NCBI GenBank assembly: GCA_034189385.1
Contig: JAXHVD010000011.1
Location: 1-64,000, forward strand
Source of the DNA: Thermodesulfobacteriota bacterium
Lineage (GTDB): Bacteria; Desulfobacterota; Desulfobacteria; Desulfobacterales; C00003060
Direction: 5' to 3'
Length of the DNA stretch: 64,000 nt
A model generated the notes under the pieces. The model had not been told where the DNA came from. It saw only the letters and a list, made by a program, of their open reading frames with translations, and ran no database searches. Both the position numbers and the translations under genes were made by a program. Shown here in pieces: positions 37,100 through 46,881 of the stretch (position 1 is the stretch's first letter; each line of letters begins with the position of its first letter).

Positions 37100-38429
37100 T
37101 TCCCTGTTCTTGCGCTCTGTGGCCAACAATGCCTCCATGTACTTCAACCACATTCTTCACAAAATGGAGCCCGTGACCTGTTCCTCCTACTGACTCCCTT
37201 TCCGTCATGCGAAACCCTTCGTCAAAAATGTGGCTTGCATTCTCCTTATCAATGGGGGGGCCTGAGGAGTAGACATACAAGGTCACTCCATGCTGTCCCC
37301 GACCAAAAGAGTCTTTGATCAGTGAGGTCCTGCAGTCTACCCTCTTTACCGCTTTTCCTGATGGGTCCTTGACCGATCTAGCGTACTTCTCGACATTTGA
37401 AAAAAGATTAGCCACCACCTGCGCCATGAGCCCTTTGTCCACCTTGACCTTGATATCATCAGCTTCTTGATGGTCTTTGACAATAGGATCAATGGCCATG
37501 CCCTGCTGGAGAAAACGGGCTCTGTATCGTTGGAGCTGAGGCAGAACGATATCTTCCCATACATAACATGGGGTTTTCCTGAGCATGTATTCACCAAACA
37601 AGAAATGGTCCCGACGGAGCAGACTCTCCAGAAAAAGGCTGGCGTGCTTGTAATGCTCTTCGATCCTCCCTTGATCGCCGAACATGCCCCTGTTTATCAC
37701 CACCATCTGTTCCACTATCTCAGTGAGTTTGGAATACAGCTCCGAGTCCTTGGTCTTGACCCCTCCAAGAAGGCCGTCGAGTTCGTTTTCGATTTCCTTA
37801 TTCCTGTTCAAATACTTTCTAATTTTTCGGAAGTAATACTTGTAATGCAGGTTGGGCTCGATCACGTTGTGGTCTATGTCCGCTACTAGGTTATTGATGA
37901 ATTTAAGGTGCTGGATATTCTGTTCGGCCAGAAATTTATTGTAGAGATTATACCCTATGCGGTTGACATATTTTTGGATGAAAAAAACCTGAGCGTCTTT
38001 GAGATGATCTGCCCGGCCCACCTCAAATATCCCTATGATGTCTCCTAAGGCGTGAAGAAGAATACGGCTGGAAGGGGTTCTCTTGCCGTGGATGGGTACT
38101 ACATAGGCCTTGCCGCTCTGATAGGGGACATCGGTGATCCTGATGTGAGGGGGCTCGTCGTCCTCTGTGGAGCCAAGGTGGGGATGGCTGTTGGCCACCC
38201 ATGTAATGGCTTGGGTCTTGGAATCAATCATATGTAGATTGCACTGCAGTCCAAAAAAGACCCGGGGCACGGCCACGCTCACGGCGTAGAGATTTTCTAG
38301 GCTGTCGTATTCTTGGGCGAGATCGAAAAAGGTATTAAGGGCGGACATTTCAAGTTTTCTGAAACTATAGCTGGTATAATCTTTCCTCTTTTGCTCGACC
38401 CGCTTGAGGATGGCAGAAAACGTGTCCAT
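37071..38429 (-). CDS. Cytoplasmic sensor histidine kinase (atypical H-box)
   Basis: DIDHNVIEP; HATPase QVVANLFSNVEKY, IFDEGFR, GTGHGLHFVK..HGG. Confidence 0.8.
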   Translation of the reverse strand: MDTFSAILKRVEQKRKDYTSYSFRKLEMSALNTFFDLAQEYDSLENLYAVSVAVPRVFFGLQCNLHMIDSKTQAITWVANSHPHLGSTEDDEPPHIRITDVPYQSGKAYVVPIHGKRTPSSRILLHALGDIIGIFEVGRADHLKDAQVFFIQKYVNRIGYNLYNKFLAEQNIQHLKFINNLVADIDHNVIEPNLHYKYYFRKIRKYLNRNKEIENELDGLLGGVKTKDSELYSKLTEIVEQMVVINRGMFGDQGRIEEHYKHASLFLESLLRRDHFLFGEYMLRKTPCYVWEDIVLPQLQRYRARFLQQGMAIDPIVKDHQEADDIKVKVDKGLMAQVVANLFSNVEKYARSVKDPSGKAVKRVDCRTSLIKDSFGRGQHGVTLYVYSSGPPIDKENASHIFDEGFRMTERESVGGTGHGLHFVKNVVEVHGGIVGHRAQEQGNEFYVVIPV

Positions 38430-38757
38430 GATGGTCTAAGATGCCTTGATTATTCTGGCAGTCCGCAATATGCAAGAGGTTGAACCTGGCAGTAGGCCCC
38501 GTGGTGGCCCTCTCAACGGCAGGCCCTTGGTTCATCGCTAGATTATGCTGTCAGGCCCATGTTGTCAAACGAAACCTATCTCTTCATTCCTATCCCAGCT
38601 TGCAGTTCGTCACAGTGGCGGCGCAGGGGACCTTGCATTGACTCGCTCAGAATGATAATGATTTCAAGGACGGATGGGACAACAAAGGCCACATCCTGTG
38701 AAACCAGTGCCATAACACAGACGTAACAGAAGGTGTCCTCTATCCAAATAAAGGCCC

Positions 38758-40134
38758 ATGAAAGCTAACAAAGCGGGAAAGACGGTCTTCCTGTGCCAGA
38801 ATTGCGGTTACCAAGCCCCCAAATGGATGGGCAAATGTCCCGACTGTGGCGAATGGAACACTCTGACAGAGGAAAGGCCGGCGTTTGGGGGCGCCCTTTT
38901 GTCCGAGAGGCCTGCCATTTCACACTCAGCCTCCAGACCTGTTCCCATAGACACAGTAAAAACAGACCAGGTGAGGCGCCTGACCACCGGGATTCAGGAA
39001 TTTGACAGGGTCCTGGGGGGCGGTCTGGTCCCCGGGTCTCTTGTCCTGATAGGGGGGGACCCCGGCATCGGGAAATCAACTCTCATGCTGCAGGCCGCCC
39101 ACCGGCTCGCATCTGGTGATCATAAAGTCCTCTACATCTCGGGTGAAGAATCGATCCAGCAGATAAAGCTCAGAAGCAGCCGTCTCGGCACAGGGTCTAA
39201 GGCCCTGTGGGTCGTCTCTGAGACAGATCTGGAATCGATTGGACACATGGCAAATCAGGTAACACCGGATGTGATGGTCGTTGATTCCGTACAAACCATA
39301 TTTGCTCCTGAGCTGACCTCCGCGCCGGGGAGTGTGACCCAGGTTCGGGAAGCCACCATGCACCTCATGTTTCTGGCAAAGCAGACCGGTATTCCCATTT
39401 TTCTGGTGGGGCACGTGACCAAAGAGGGCGCCATTGCTGGTCCCAGGCTCTTGGAGCACATGGTGGACACGGTCCTCTATTTCGAGGGTGGTCAGAACAA
39501 TCTTTTTCGCATCCTTCGGGCAGTCAAGAATCGGTTTGGCTCGACCAATGAAATCGGCGTGTTTGAAATGAAGGACCATGGGCTTTGTGAAGTGGCCAAC
39601 CCTTCGTCTTTCTTTTTGCCCGAGCACCCCTGTCTTGCTCCCGGTTCTGTGGTTACAGCCAGTTTGGAGGGATCTAGACCCATCCTGCTTGAGATCCAGG
39701 GCTTGGTCACCAGATCCAGTCTTGGCACGCCTCGCAGAACCGTGCTTGGCGTGGACTATAACAGGGTTTCGCTTCTAGTGGCCATCATGGAAAAGAAACT
39801 CGGTTTGCAGCTAATGAACGAAGACATTTTTGTAAATGTGGCCGGAGGCGTGAAGGTCGATGAGCCCGCAGCGGATTTGGGCATTGTCTCAGTCATTGCC
39901 TCCAGTTTCTTTGACAACCCTGTCAAGGGACGGACGGTGTTGTTGGGTGAAATCGGCTTGACCGGAGAGGTCAGGGCCATCAGTCGGGTAGAGCCGAGGG
40001 TCCTTGAGGCGGCAAAGATGGGCTTTGAACGGTGCCTCCTTCCGAAAGACAACTTGAAAAATCTCAAGGGACCAGGCTCCATGGAACTCATCGGCCTTCG
40101 GAGGGTCTCGGAGGTGGTGGATCTGTTGTTTTGA
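38758..40134 (+). CDS. radA: DNA repair protein RadA/Sms
   Basis: CQNC..CPDC zinc finger, GDPGIGKST, KNRFG. Confidence 0.97.
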   Translation: MKANKAGKTVFLCQNCGYQAPKWMGKCPDCGEWNTLTEERPAFGGALLSERPAISHSASRPVPIDTVKTDQVRRLTTGIQEFDRVLGGGLVPGSLVLIGGDPGIGKSTLMLQAAHRLASGDHKVLYISGEESIQQIKLRSSRLGTGSKALWVVSETDLESIGHMANQVTPDVMVVDSVQTIFAPELTSAPGSVTQVREATMHLMFLAKQTGIPIFLVGHVTKEGAIAGPRLLEHMVDTVLYFEGGQNNLFRILRAVKNRFGSTNEIGVFEMKDHGLCEVANPSSFFLPEHPCLAPGSVVTASLEGSRPILLEIQGLVTRSSLGTPRRTVLGVDYNRVSLLVAIMEKKLGLQLMNEDIFVNVAGGVKVDEPAADLGIVSVIASSFFDNPVKGRTVLLGEIGLTGEVRAISRVEPRVLEAAKMGFERCLLPKDNLKNLKGPGSMELIGLRRVSEVVDLLF

Positions 40135-40160
40135 CTTGAAAAGGAGACGTTGGTTGCTGT

Positions 40161-40853
40161 ATGGTCAAACGGGCACGCCGGGTGAAACCTCATCCATGGC
40201 ACGATTCTTATACGTTAAGGGCCCGTAAAGAAGGATATCCAGCCCGATCTGTTTACAAACTTGAGGAAATCCAAAGGGCTTTTTGCGTCCTGAAAAAGAG
40301 TGGGGCTGTACTTGACTTAGGCTGTTTCCCTGGCTCTTGGCTCCTCTATGCTTCCGAGATAGTCGGAGGCAAAGGGAGAGTTGTCGGGGTAGACATTACC
40401 CCGATTTCCATTCAACTGCCTCCCAATGTTCGATTTTTGCAACACGATGTTCTTGCCTGGAATGGATCATTCTTGGAGGCCGCTGGAGGGCCCTTTGACA
40501 CGGTCTTGAGCGACATGGCACCTTCCAGCACGGGAAGCAAGTTTGTGGACGCCCAAAGGTCCCTTGAGCTGAGTGAATCCGCTTTGGCTGTTGCAGCGAC
40601 TGTGCTGCGAGCCAAAGGGGCTTTTGTGTGCAAGGTTTTTCACGGGTCTGGTTTTAAGGGCTTTTCGGATCGAGCCAAGACTATCTTTGAACGCGTTGCC
40701 CATGTGAAACCAAAAAGCAGCAGAAAGGCAAGCAAAGAGATCTTCGTGGTTGGCCTAGGAAAGAGAGGCGTGCCAAAGAAGGGGCAGAGGGAACAGACTA
40801 GCCAGAAAATGAGGGGGCAGTATGTCAGGACATTCCAAGTGGAGCACGATTAA
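40161..40853 (+). CDS. rlmE: 23S rRNA U2552 2'-O-methyltransferase
   Basis: [36 protein letters not shown]. Confidence 0.92.
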   Translation: MVKRARRVKPHPWHDSYTLRARKEGYPARSVYKLEEIQRAFCVLKKSGAVLDLGCFPGSWLLYASEIVGGKGRVVGVDITPISIQLPPNVRFLQHDVLAWNGSFLEAAGGPFDTVLSDMAPSSTGSKFVDAQRSLELSESALAVAATVLRAKGAFVCKVFHGSGFKGFSDRAKTIFERVAHVKPKSSRKASKEIFVVGLGKRGVPKKGQREQTSQKMRGQYVRTFQVEHD

Positions 40854-41574
40854 AAGAAAAAAGGGCGTCACTGATGCCAGGCGGGGCAAGGTTTTTACTA
40901 AGCTCATCAAGGAAATCACTGTAGCGGCACGCTTCGGGGGTGGTGATCCGGACGCTAATCCTCGCCTTCGCACTGCCATTGCCACGGCAAGGGCAGAGAA
41001 TATGCCAAAGGACAACATTGAAAGGGCTATAAAGAAAGGGACAGGTGAACTAGAGGGCGCCACGTACGAAGAGGTTTGCTACGAAGGATACGGTCCTGGC
41101 GGGGCAGCCGTGCTGGTGGAATCGCTAACCGACAATAAGAATCGCACAGTGGCAGACATCCGCCATGTTTTCAGCAAGTCAGGTGGAAGCCTCGGTGAGG
41201 CTGGATGCGTGGCCTGGATGTTTGACAAGAAGGGACTCTTTGTCCTTGAGAAAACCGGCATAGACGAAGAGACGCTCATGGAAGCCACGCTGGATGCCGG
41301 GGCAGAAGACATCCGGGATGAAGGAGAGACCTTTGAGGTGATTACCTCTCCGGCAGACTTCGAGGATGTGAAGAAGGCCTTGGAAGAAAAGGAGCTGCCT
41401 TATGTCCTCGCCGAGATCACTATGGTCCCCAACAGCACTATCAAACTGGAGAACAAAGAGGCCGAACAGATGCTTAGACTCATGGACATGCTGGAGGATT
41501 CAGATGATGTCCAAAAGGCCTATTCCAATTTTGACATATCTGAGAAGACCCTTGCAGAGTTAGGAAGTGTGTAG
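40822..41574 (+). CDS. yebC: YebC/PmpR family protein
   Basis: [34 protein letters not shown]. Confidence 0.96.
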   Translation: MSGHSKWSTIKRKKGVTDARRGKVFTKLIKEITVAARFGGGDPDANPRLRTAIATARAENMPKDNIERAIKKGTGELEGATYEEVCYEGYGPGGAAVLVESLTDNKNRTVADIRHVFSKSGGSLGEAGCVAWMFDKKGLFVLEKTGIDEETLMEATLDAGAEDIRDEGETFEVITSPADFEDVKKALEEKELPYVLAEITMVPNSTIKLENKEAEQMLRLMDMLEDSDDVQKAYSNFDISEKTLAELGSV

Positions 41575-41691
41575 ATTTTCTCAGCATGAGGGAGGCACGA
41601 TTTTTTTTGAAAGGGGTTTACAAACCGGGGGTTTCTGTTATGTAGAGATGCCGGTCGACAGAACAGCACCAAGGAGAAAGGTGACGCCGTC

Positions 41692-42084
41692 TTGTTAGTA
41701 CTGGACGATCTACGGTACTCGGAAGAGCATATCTGGATCCGCCGCGAGGGGGACCACACGGTGACCATTGGTGTCACCGATTACGCCCAACTAGAGTTGG
41801 GAGAGCTCAACTACGTGGAACTGCCCAACGAGGGTGATGAACTGGTTTACTGCGAGCCTTTCGGGAGTGTAGAATGCGCGCAGGTGGTCACTGATCTCTA
41901 CGCCCCTGTCTGCGGTCGCGTTTTGGAGGTCAATCAAGACGTCATTGACAATCCCACATTAATCAATGACTCTCCATACAAGCGGGGGTGGGTTATTCGG
42001 GCTAAGCTCTTTTCCGTAGAGGAAGTAGGGATGCTCATGTCGGCCGATGACTATGAGGAATACGTACTGACCATAAGCCCCTGA
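41692..42084 (+). CDS. Glycine cleavage H-like protein lacking the lipoyl-Lys
   Basis: YSEEHIW, IGVTDYAQ..LG, LYAPVCG, INDSPY..GW. The lipoylation motif reads VECAQV instead of VESVKA. Confidence 0.85.
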   Translation: MLVLDDLRYSEEHIWIRREGDHTVTIGVTDYAQLELGELNYVELPNEGDELVYCEPFGSVECAQVVTDLYAPVCGRVLEVNQDVIDNPTLINDSPYKRGWVIRAKLFSVEEVGMLMSADDYEEYVLTISP

Positions 42085-42301
42085 TCACAGTCTCCAACAG
42101 GAGCCTCCCCTTCCAATGTGTATGCCTCTCCCTCACCCCTCACGCTGGATGCTCAGGCGCTAAAGTAACGGGGCTGGGTGAGTCCAGAAGAAACATTGAA
42201 CATGGAATGTCGAAAGATGACGTTTCAAGCACGCTTATCCAGCTAGTGCCCATCCATAAACGCCCGAGAAAGAGAAGGGCGGGCCTCCGTCTCTTCCAGC
42301 A

Positions 42302-43018
42302 TCATCCCCCCTCCCCCTCCAGTTGCAGTACATCTGCGTCTTTGGGCACCTTGAAGATAAACAAGGAAGTGTCAAGGTCCTGATTGAATCGGAAATCTTC
42401 AAAGCGGATGCTTGTCTTGTCTCCAAAGAGATTGTACGTGACAGACCGGACAACATCAAAGGTGTCCTCTGAAACAAAAAGAAGTATCTTTGTTAGATTT
42501 GATACTCTCGTCTTTGGAAGAAGCTCCAAGACGAACTGGCCTTCTTCAGCAAACTCCTTGGCCGCAAAGTGCACAACAAACTCGTCGAGAAGCTTGTCAG
42601 GTTCGGCAAAAAACCCAGTCCATGTGGCGTCGCCAAGGTAGTCGGCAGTCTGGCCAACCATGACCTGGCCCTCCTCGGGCCGATAGATCCACACACGCTG
42701 GCCATCGGTCATGATCAGGTATTGCTCTGGTGTCTTGTAGTGCCAACGCATCATGGCCGGGGGTCGGAAGCATACATGCCCGCGGGCGGAGTCGACCATA
42801 TCCATGGCCTTTAGGTGAGACTCCTGGACAAAATCAGCCTCAAAATCGGTGACTGCATAGCGTTTCTGGACCCGCCTCAAGATCTCAGAGATCGACAGGC
42901 CATCTGAGGCCATACAAGCCCCGCAAGACAACATGGCAAGCCATATAAGAGATAAACCAGCACAGAGAGAGTGAAAAAGAGGGAAACAGCGTCTCCATTC
43001 AACGATCGTCTTCTTCAT
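42302..43018 (-). CDS. lolA: Outer-membrane lipoprotein carrier LolA family
   Basis: ADFVQ, RPPAMMRWHY..P, DGQRVWIY, FKVPKDADV; downstream of ftsK. Confidence 0.88.
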   Translation of the reverse strand: MKKTIVEWRRCFPLFHSLCAGLSLIWLAMLSCGACMASDGLSISEILRRVQKRYAVTDFEADFVQESHLKAMDMVDSARGHVCFRPPAMMRWHYKTPEQYLIMTDGQRVWIYRPEEGQVMVGQTADYLGDATWTGFFAEPDKLLDEFVVHFAAKEFAEEGQFVLELLPKTRVSNLTKILLFVSEDTFDVVRSVTYNLFGDKTSIRFEDFRFNQDLDTSLFIFKVPKDADVLQLEGEGG

Positions 43019-43194
43019 TTGATCAGTGTCCTTACCCTTGCCAGCTTAAGAATCCCGTGGACTCCCGCGGGGAGGCTTGTCCCCTGAAAGAATGCCACGA
43101 AACAAATCTCTTACACAAGATGGCAGTTGATTGCATTGTCCAGAACTAGGGCCCATCCGGAAACGGATCCCTGATGGGCGGACCGGAGTAGACA

Positions 43195-45369
43195 TCACTG
43201 GTTATAGCCTCTAACCAGTACTTCTCTGGGTCTGCTTCCTTCAGCAGAGCTGACGATGCCGTTGCGTTCCATTACTTCAATCATACGGGCAGCGCGATTA
43301 TACCCCACCCTGAGACGACGTTGAATCATGGAGATGGAGGCCTGGCCGGTCTCTGTCACTAAGGCCACTGCCTCATCGTATTTTTCATCATATTGATCCT
43401 CGTCCCCCCCTTCATCTTCCGGGCCGGCGTGCAGAATCTCCTCTTGATAGACCGGCTTCTTCTGCCTTCTCAAGAAGTCTATGATCTCTTGAATCTCCGG
43501 TTCCGAAACATAGGCCCCATGGATCCGCTGCAACTTGGCCGTGCCGGGAGGCAACAGGAGCATGTCGCCGTTTCCCAACAGATTCTCGGCGCCGTTGGCA
43601 TCCAAAATGGTCCTAGAATCCGTTCTAGAAGAAACCTGAAAGGAGATCCTAGTGGGAAAGTTCGCCTTGATAATGCCGGTTAAGATGTCCACCGAAGGCC
43701 GTTGTGTTGCAATCAAGAGGTGGATTCCCGCAGCACGAGCCATCTGGGCCAGTCGTGTGAGGGCAAATTCCACATCCCGAGAAGCCGCCAGCATGAGATC
43801 TGCCAGTTCGTCGATCACAATCAAGACAAGGGGCAGTGTCTCATGCATGCATTCCCCTTCCGATGCCCCTGTATTCCCAGATCTGGCCTGGCCTGTGTTG
43901 GTCTCTTTCTCCTTGATAATTTTCTGGTTGTACTGTTGCAAATTCCTGACGCCCTTTTCTGCCATGAGGGCATAGCGACGCTCCATCTCATGGACAGCCC
44001 AGTGTAACCCCCTCGTCGCTTTCTTGGCATCCATAACGACAGGCACAATCAGGTGAGGAATACCCTCATAGGCAGAGAGCTCAATACGCTTGGGATCCAT
44101 GAGCATCAGTTTCACCTCATCAGGGCTCGCCTTGTACAGCACACTGCAGATCATGCCATTTAAGGCCACACTCTTTCCAGATCCCGTGGCACCTGCAATC
44201 AGAAGGTGGGGCATTTTGGCCAAATCAGTGATGACCGGGTGTCCCATGATATCCTTGCCAAGGGCCAGGGTGAGCTTCGATTTGGATCTTTGAAAGACTT
44301 CGGAGGCGATGACATCTTTCAGGCGAACGGTCTCGCGCTGCTGGTTTGGGACCTCTATGCCAATGACAGACTTGCCCGGGATGGGGGCCACGATTCGGAT
44401 ACTCTCTGCCCGGAGGGCCAAGGCGAGATCATCTGTCAGGTTCACGATCTTATTGATCTTGACACCTGGTGCGGGCTCGTATTCGTACATGGTCACCACA
44501 GGCCCTGGGGAGACTGCCAGTACCTTTCCAGACACATCAAAATCGCTCAGTTTCTTCTCGAGAAGCCTGGATTGCATCTGAAGGGCTTCATGGTCTGCAG
44601 CCTTCACATCTGACCCAGACCCTTTCAACATCTTTAGTGAAGGGAGCCTAAATCCATGATCCCCAGGGATGAATCCAAAGGCTTCTTGCCTAAGGATCGG
44701 CCGTTCCTTGCCAGGCCTTGGCATTGGCTCTACGATTGTCACAGGGGTCTTCGGCTCTTGTGGTAGCTTCCGTTGTGTCTTGGACCGTTTCTTGGCTTTT
44801 TTACGGCGCTCCCTGAAGATGACCCAAACACGCTTCCCTTGGCCCCATACCCCTTTGCACAGAGTGGTCAGCCCACGGAGAATCCCTAAAAGGGACACGC
44901 GGGTCGCCATGACAAACCCAACGGCCCAAATAGTAAACAGAAAAATGAGCCCGCCCGTGGTGCTGATATAGTCTTTAACGATAGCGGCAAAAGTAATTCC
45001 CACAATCCCGCCGCTGGAGAAACGTTTTCCTAAAACCATATAATGGGTGTTTGCTAAAGATAAGAGCCCCCCAGTCGTGACCACTAACAACCCTCCGCCG
45101 ACGAGGGCAACAAGGATGACAATCCTCGGGGATCCCAGAAAGACATGGAAGGCCATCACCAATAGGACAACAGGTACCCAGAAAGCGCCAAGGCCAAAGA
45201 GGGCAATGAGAAAACCAGCTATGTGAGCGCCCAAGAGTCCGAAGAGATTCTGAACTTCGCCTGACGTTTGGCTATTAATGGACGGGTCTGTGGGATGGTA
45301 GGAAAGGAGACTTATGGCCGTGAGAATCAGGATGAACAAGAGAACAATGGCAAAAATTTCCTTTCGCAT
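43195..45369 (-). CDS. ftsK: DNA translocase FtsK
   Basis: N-terminal TMs, PHLLIAGATGSGKS, DPKRIEL, IDELADLM, ATQRPS, gamma domain (SISMIQRRLRVGYNRAAR). Confidence 0.96.
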   Translation of the reverse strand: MRKEIFAIVLLFILILTAISLLSYHPTDPSINSQTSGEVQNLFGLLGAHIAGFLIALFGLGAFWVPVVLLVMAFHVFLGSPRIVILVALVGGGLLVVTTGGLLSLANTHYMVLGKRFSSGGIVGITFAAIVKDYISTTGGLIFLFTIWAVGFVMATRVSLLGILRGLTTLCKGVWGQGKRVWVIFRERRKKAKKRSKTQRKLPQEPKTPVTIVEPMPRPGKERPILRQEAFGFIPGDHGFRLPSLKMLKGSGSDVKAADHEALQMQSRLLEKKLSDFDVSGKVLAVSPGPVVTMYEYEPAPGVKINKIVNLTDDLALALRAESIRIVAPIPGKSVIGIEVPNQQRETVRLKDVIASEVFQRSKSKLTLALGKDIMGHPVITDLAKMPHLLIAGATGSGKSVALNGMICSVLYKASPDEVKLMLMDPKRIELSAYEGIPHLIVPVVMDAKKATRGLHWAVHEMERRYALMAEKGVRNLQQYNQKIIKEKETNTGQARSGNTGASEGECMHETLPLVLIVIDELADLMLAASRDVEFALTRLAQMARAAGIHLLIATQRPSVDILTGIIKANFPTRISFQVSSRTDSRTILDANGAENLLGNGDMLLLPPGTAKLQRIHGAYVSEPEIQEIIDFLRRQKKPVYQEEILHAGPEDEGGDEDQYDEKYDEAVALVTETGQASISMIQRRLRVGYNRAARMIEVMERNGIVSSAEGSRPREVLVRGYNQ

Positions 45370-45469
45370 CTTGATACCTTCATTCCTCCGGCAAGACTTG
45401 GGATGGCCACTATCTAGACAGATTAGAAACACTCCCAGTGGTGCCGGGGTCAAGCACTTTCTGTAATTT

Positions 45470-46225
45470 CTAGCTAGGGGAATGCACTTTCAACTGTGTG
45501 AGACCCCATGGTCCGGTTTCCCTCAGCCGTTCAAGATCTTGTTTAATGATGGAGCGCACCGATTCCATGAGGTCCTTCTTGGCCTTACCCTTGTAATGAG
45601 CCGTGTCAATGGGCGGATGGATGCTGATACAAATGTGACCAGGTCTGATCCGAAGTTTTCCCTTGGGCATGACCTGCCGGGCCCCAGAGATGGCCACAGG
45701 CACAATGGGCCGCCCAGAACGGATGGCCAGATGAAACCCACCAGCCTTAAAGGGCATGACCCGGCCATCTGTACTTCGGCTTCCTTCAGGAAAGATGACC
45801 ACCGACACCCCTCCGGCAATCTTTTGAGCTGCTTCAAGGAGGCTTTTGTGGGCTGATCTTCGATCAGAACGGTCAATACTAATATATCCTGCGCGGGTCA
45901 TAGAATACCCAAAAACCGGGATCTGGAACAGTTCCTTCTTTGCCAACCACCGAAACTGGACAGGGAGATATGCCAGGAGACTGAAGATGTCGAACATGCT
46001 CTGGTGATTGGCCATATATAGATAGGGGACGCCGGGATCAATATGTTCTAGCCCCCTCACAGAGACCTTGACGCGACTCAGAAAAAGGATAGACTTGGCC
46101 CATAGCCGTCCCACCAGGTGGGCACCATTGCCTCCCTTTTTCCATAAGGATGCCCCTATGGCAAGCAAGGCACAAACCAAGGTGTCAAAGACAACACACA
46201 CTAAAACGACAGCGTCTTTCATCAT
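45470..46225 (-). CDS. plsC: 1-acyl-sn-glycerol-3-phosphate acyltransferase
   Basis: NHQSMFD, AKKEL, IDR, FPEGSRS. Confidence 0.9.
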   Translation of the reverse strand: MMKDAVVLVCVVFDTLVCALLAIGASLWKKGGNGAHLVGRLWAKSILFLSRVKVSVRGLEHIDPGVPYLYMANHQSMFDIFSLLAYLPVQFRWLAKKELFQIPVFGYSMTRAGYISIDRSDRRSAHKSLLEAAQKIAGGVSVVIFPEGSRSTDGRVMPFKAGGFHLAIRSGRPIVPVAISGARQVMPKGKLRIRPGHICISIHPPIDTAHYKGKAKKDLMESVRSIIKQDLERLRETGPWGLTQLKVHSPS

Positions 46226-46293
46226 TTTTTGGCAACCTGGACCTCAAATCAAGAAGTTCAAAAGAGACAGTAGGCCACTCGGCCCAAGAGGCG

Positions 46294-46626
46294 TCAGGTT
46301 AGAATCTTGAGAGTTTCAAACATCATATCGGCAAAGCGAATAATGCTTTCTCTTTGTTCGGCATTGGCATAGTGAATGCAGTCACAACGGATCCTGTTTC
46401 GCGACCGGATCAATAGTTCAAAGGAGATGGCTGTGGGTTTCAGCTCCACCGCAAAATAAAAAGGCTGACAGTCCCTATGGGCCGCCTGGACGACGTCCAG
46501 CAGTTTCTCCTCTAGGGGGACCCAGTAAAGACCTTCTACTTGGCAAGGGCCAAAACGCTCGTCAAGATAGGCCTCCATCTTCTCATAGTCCTCGGGCCGG
46601 AGCTCGTCAATACGATACTGTTTCAT
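46294..46626 (-). CDS. Conserved hypothetical protein
   Basis: 110-aa ORF co-oriented between dnaK and plsC; MKQYRIDELR..H..CQP..ELLIR..RCDCI.YA. Confidence 0.75.
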   Translation of the reverse strand: MKQYRIDELRPEDYEKMEAYLDERFGPCQVEGLYWVPLEEKLLDVVQAAHRDCQPFYFAVELKPTAISFELLIRSRNRIRCDCIHYANAEQRESIIRFADMMFETLKILT

Positions 46627-46818
46627 GCCCTACCATCCTTCAGCAGAATAGCTCAATTCCCTGCGCTTGCAGATCAAGGATCGATCTAGCCTGTGGTAAC
46701 ACCTTTGCTCCCGAAATGGGACAGACCTTGCGGGACACCAAGCTATAACATGTCTGAACCATCATAACAGACTGAGTGGATTTGTAAATTGTTAAATAGG
46801 GCCGCACCTCCAAAGCAA

Positions 46819-46851
46819 GAATCCCGCAGCACTCATGGCGCTGCGGGATTC
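46819..46851 (-). terminator. Hairpin downstream of dnaK
   Basis: gaatcccgcagc / gctgcgggattc 12-bp perfect stem; weak U-tract. Confidence 0.6.
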
Positions 46852-46881
46852 GTTACGATTACACACATGGGGTCGGGAAGA

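Noticed and set aside
40822..40853. rlmE/yebC 32-bp overlap
   Set aside because: Explained by a non-conserved C-terminal extension of RlmE; unremarkable.
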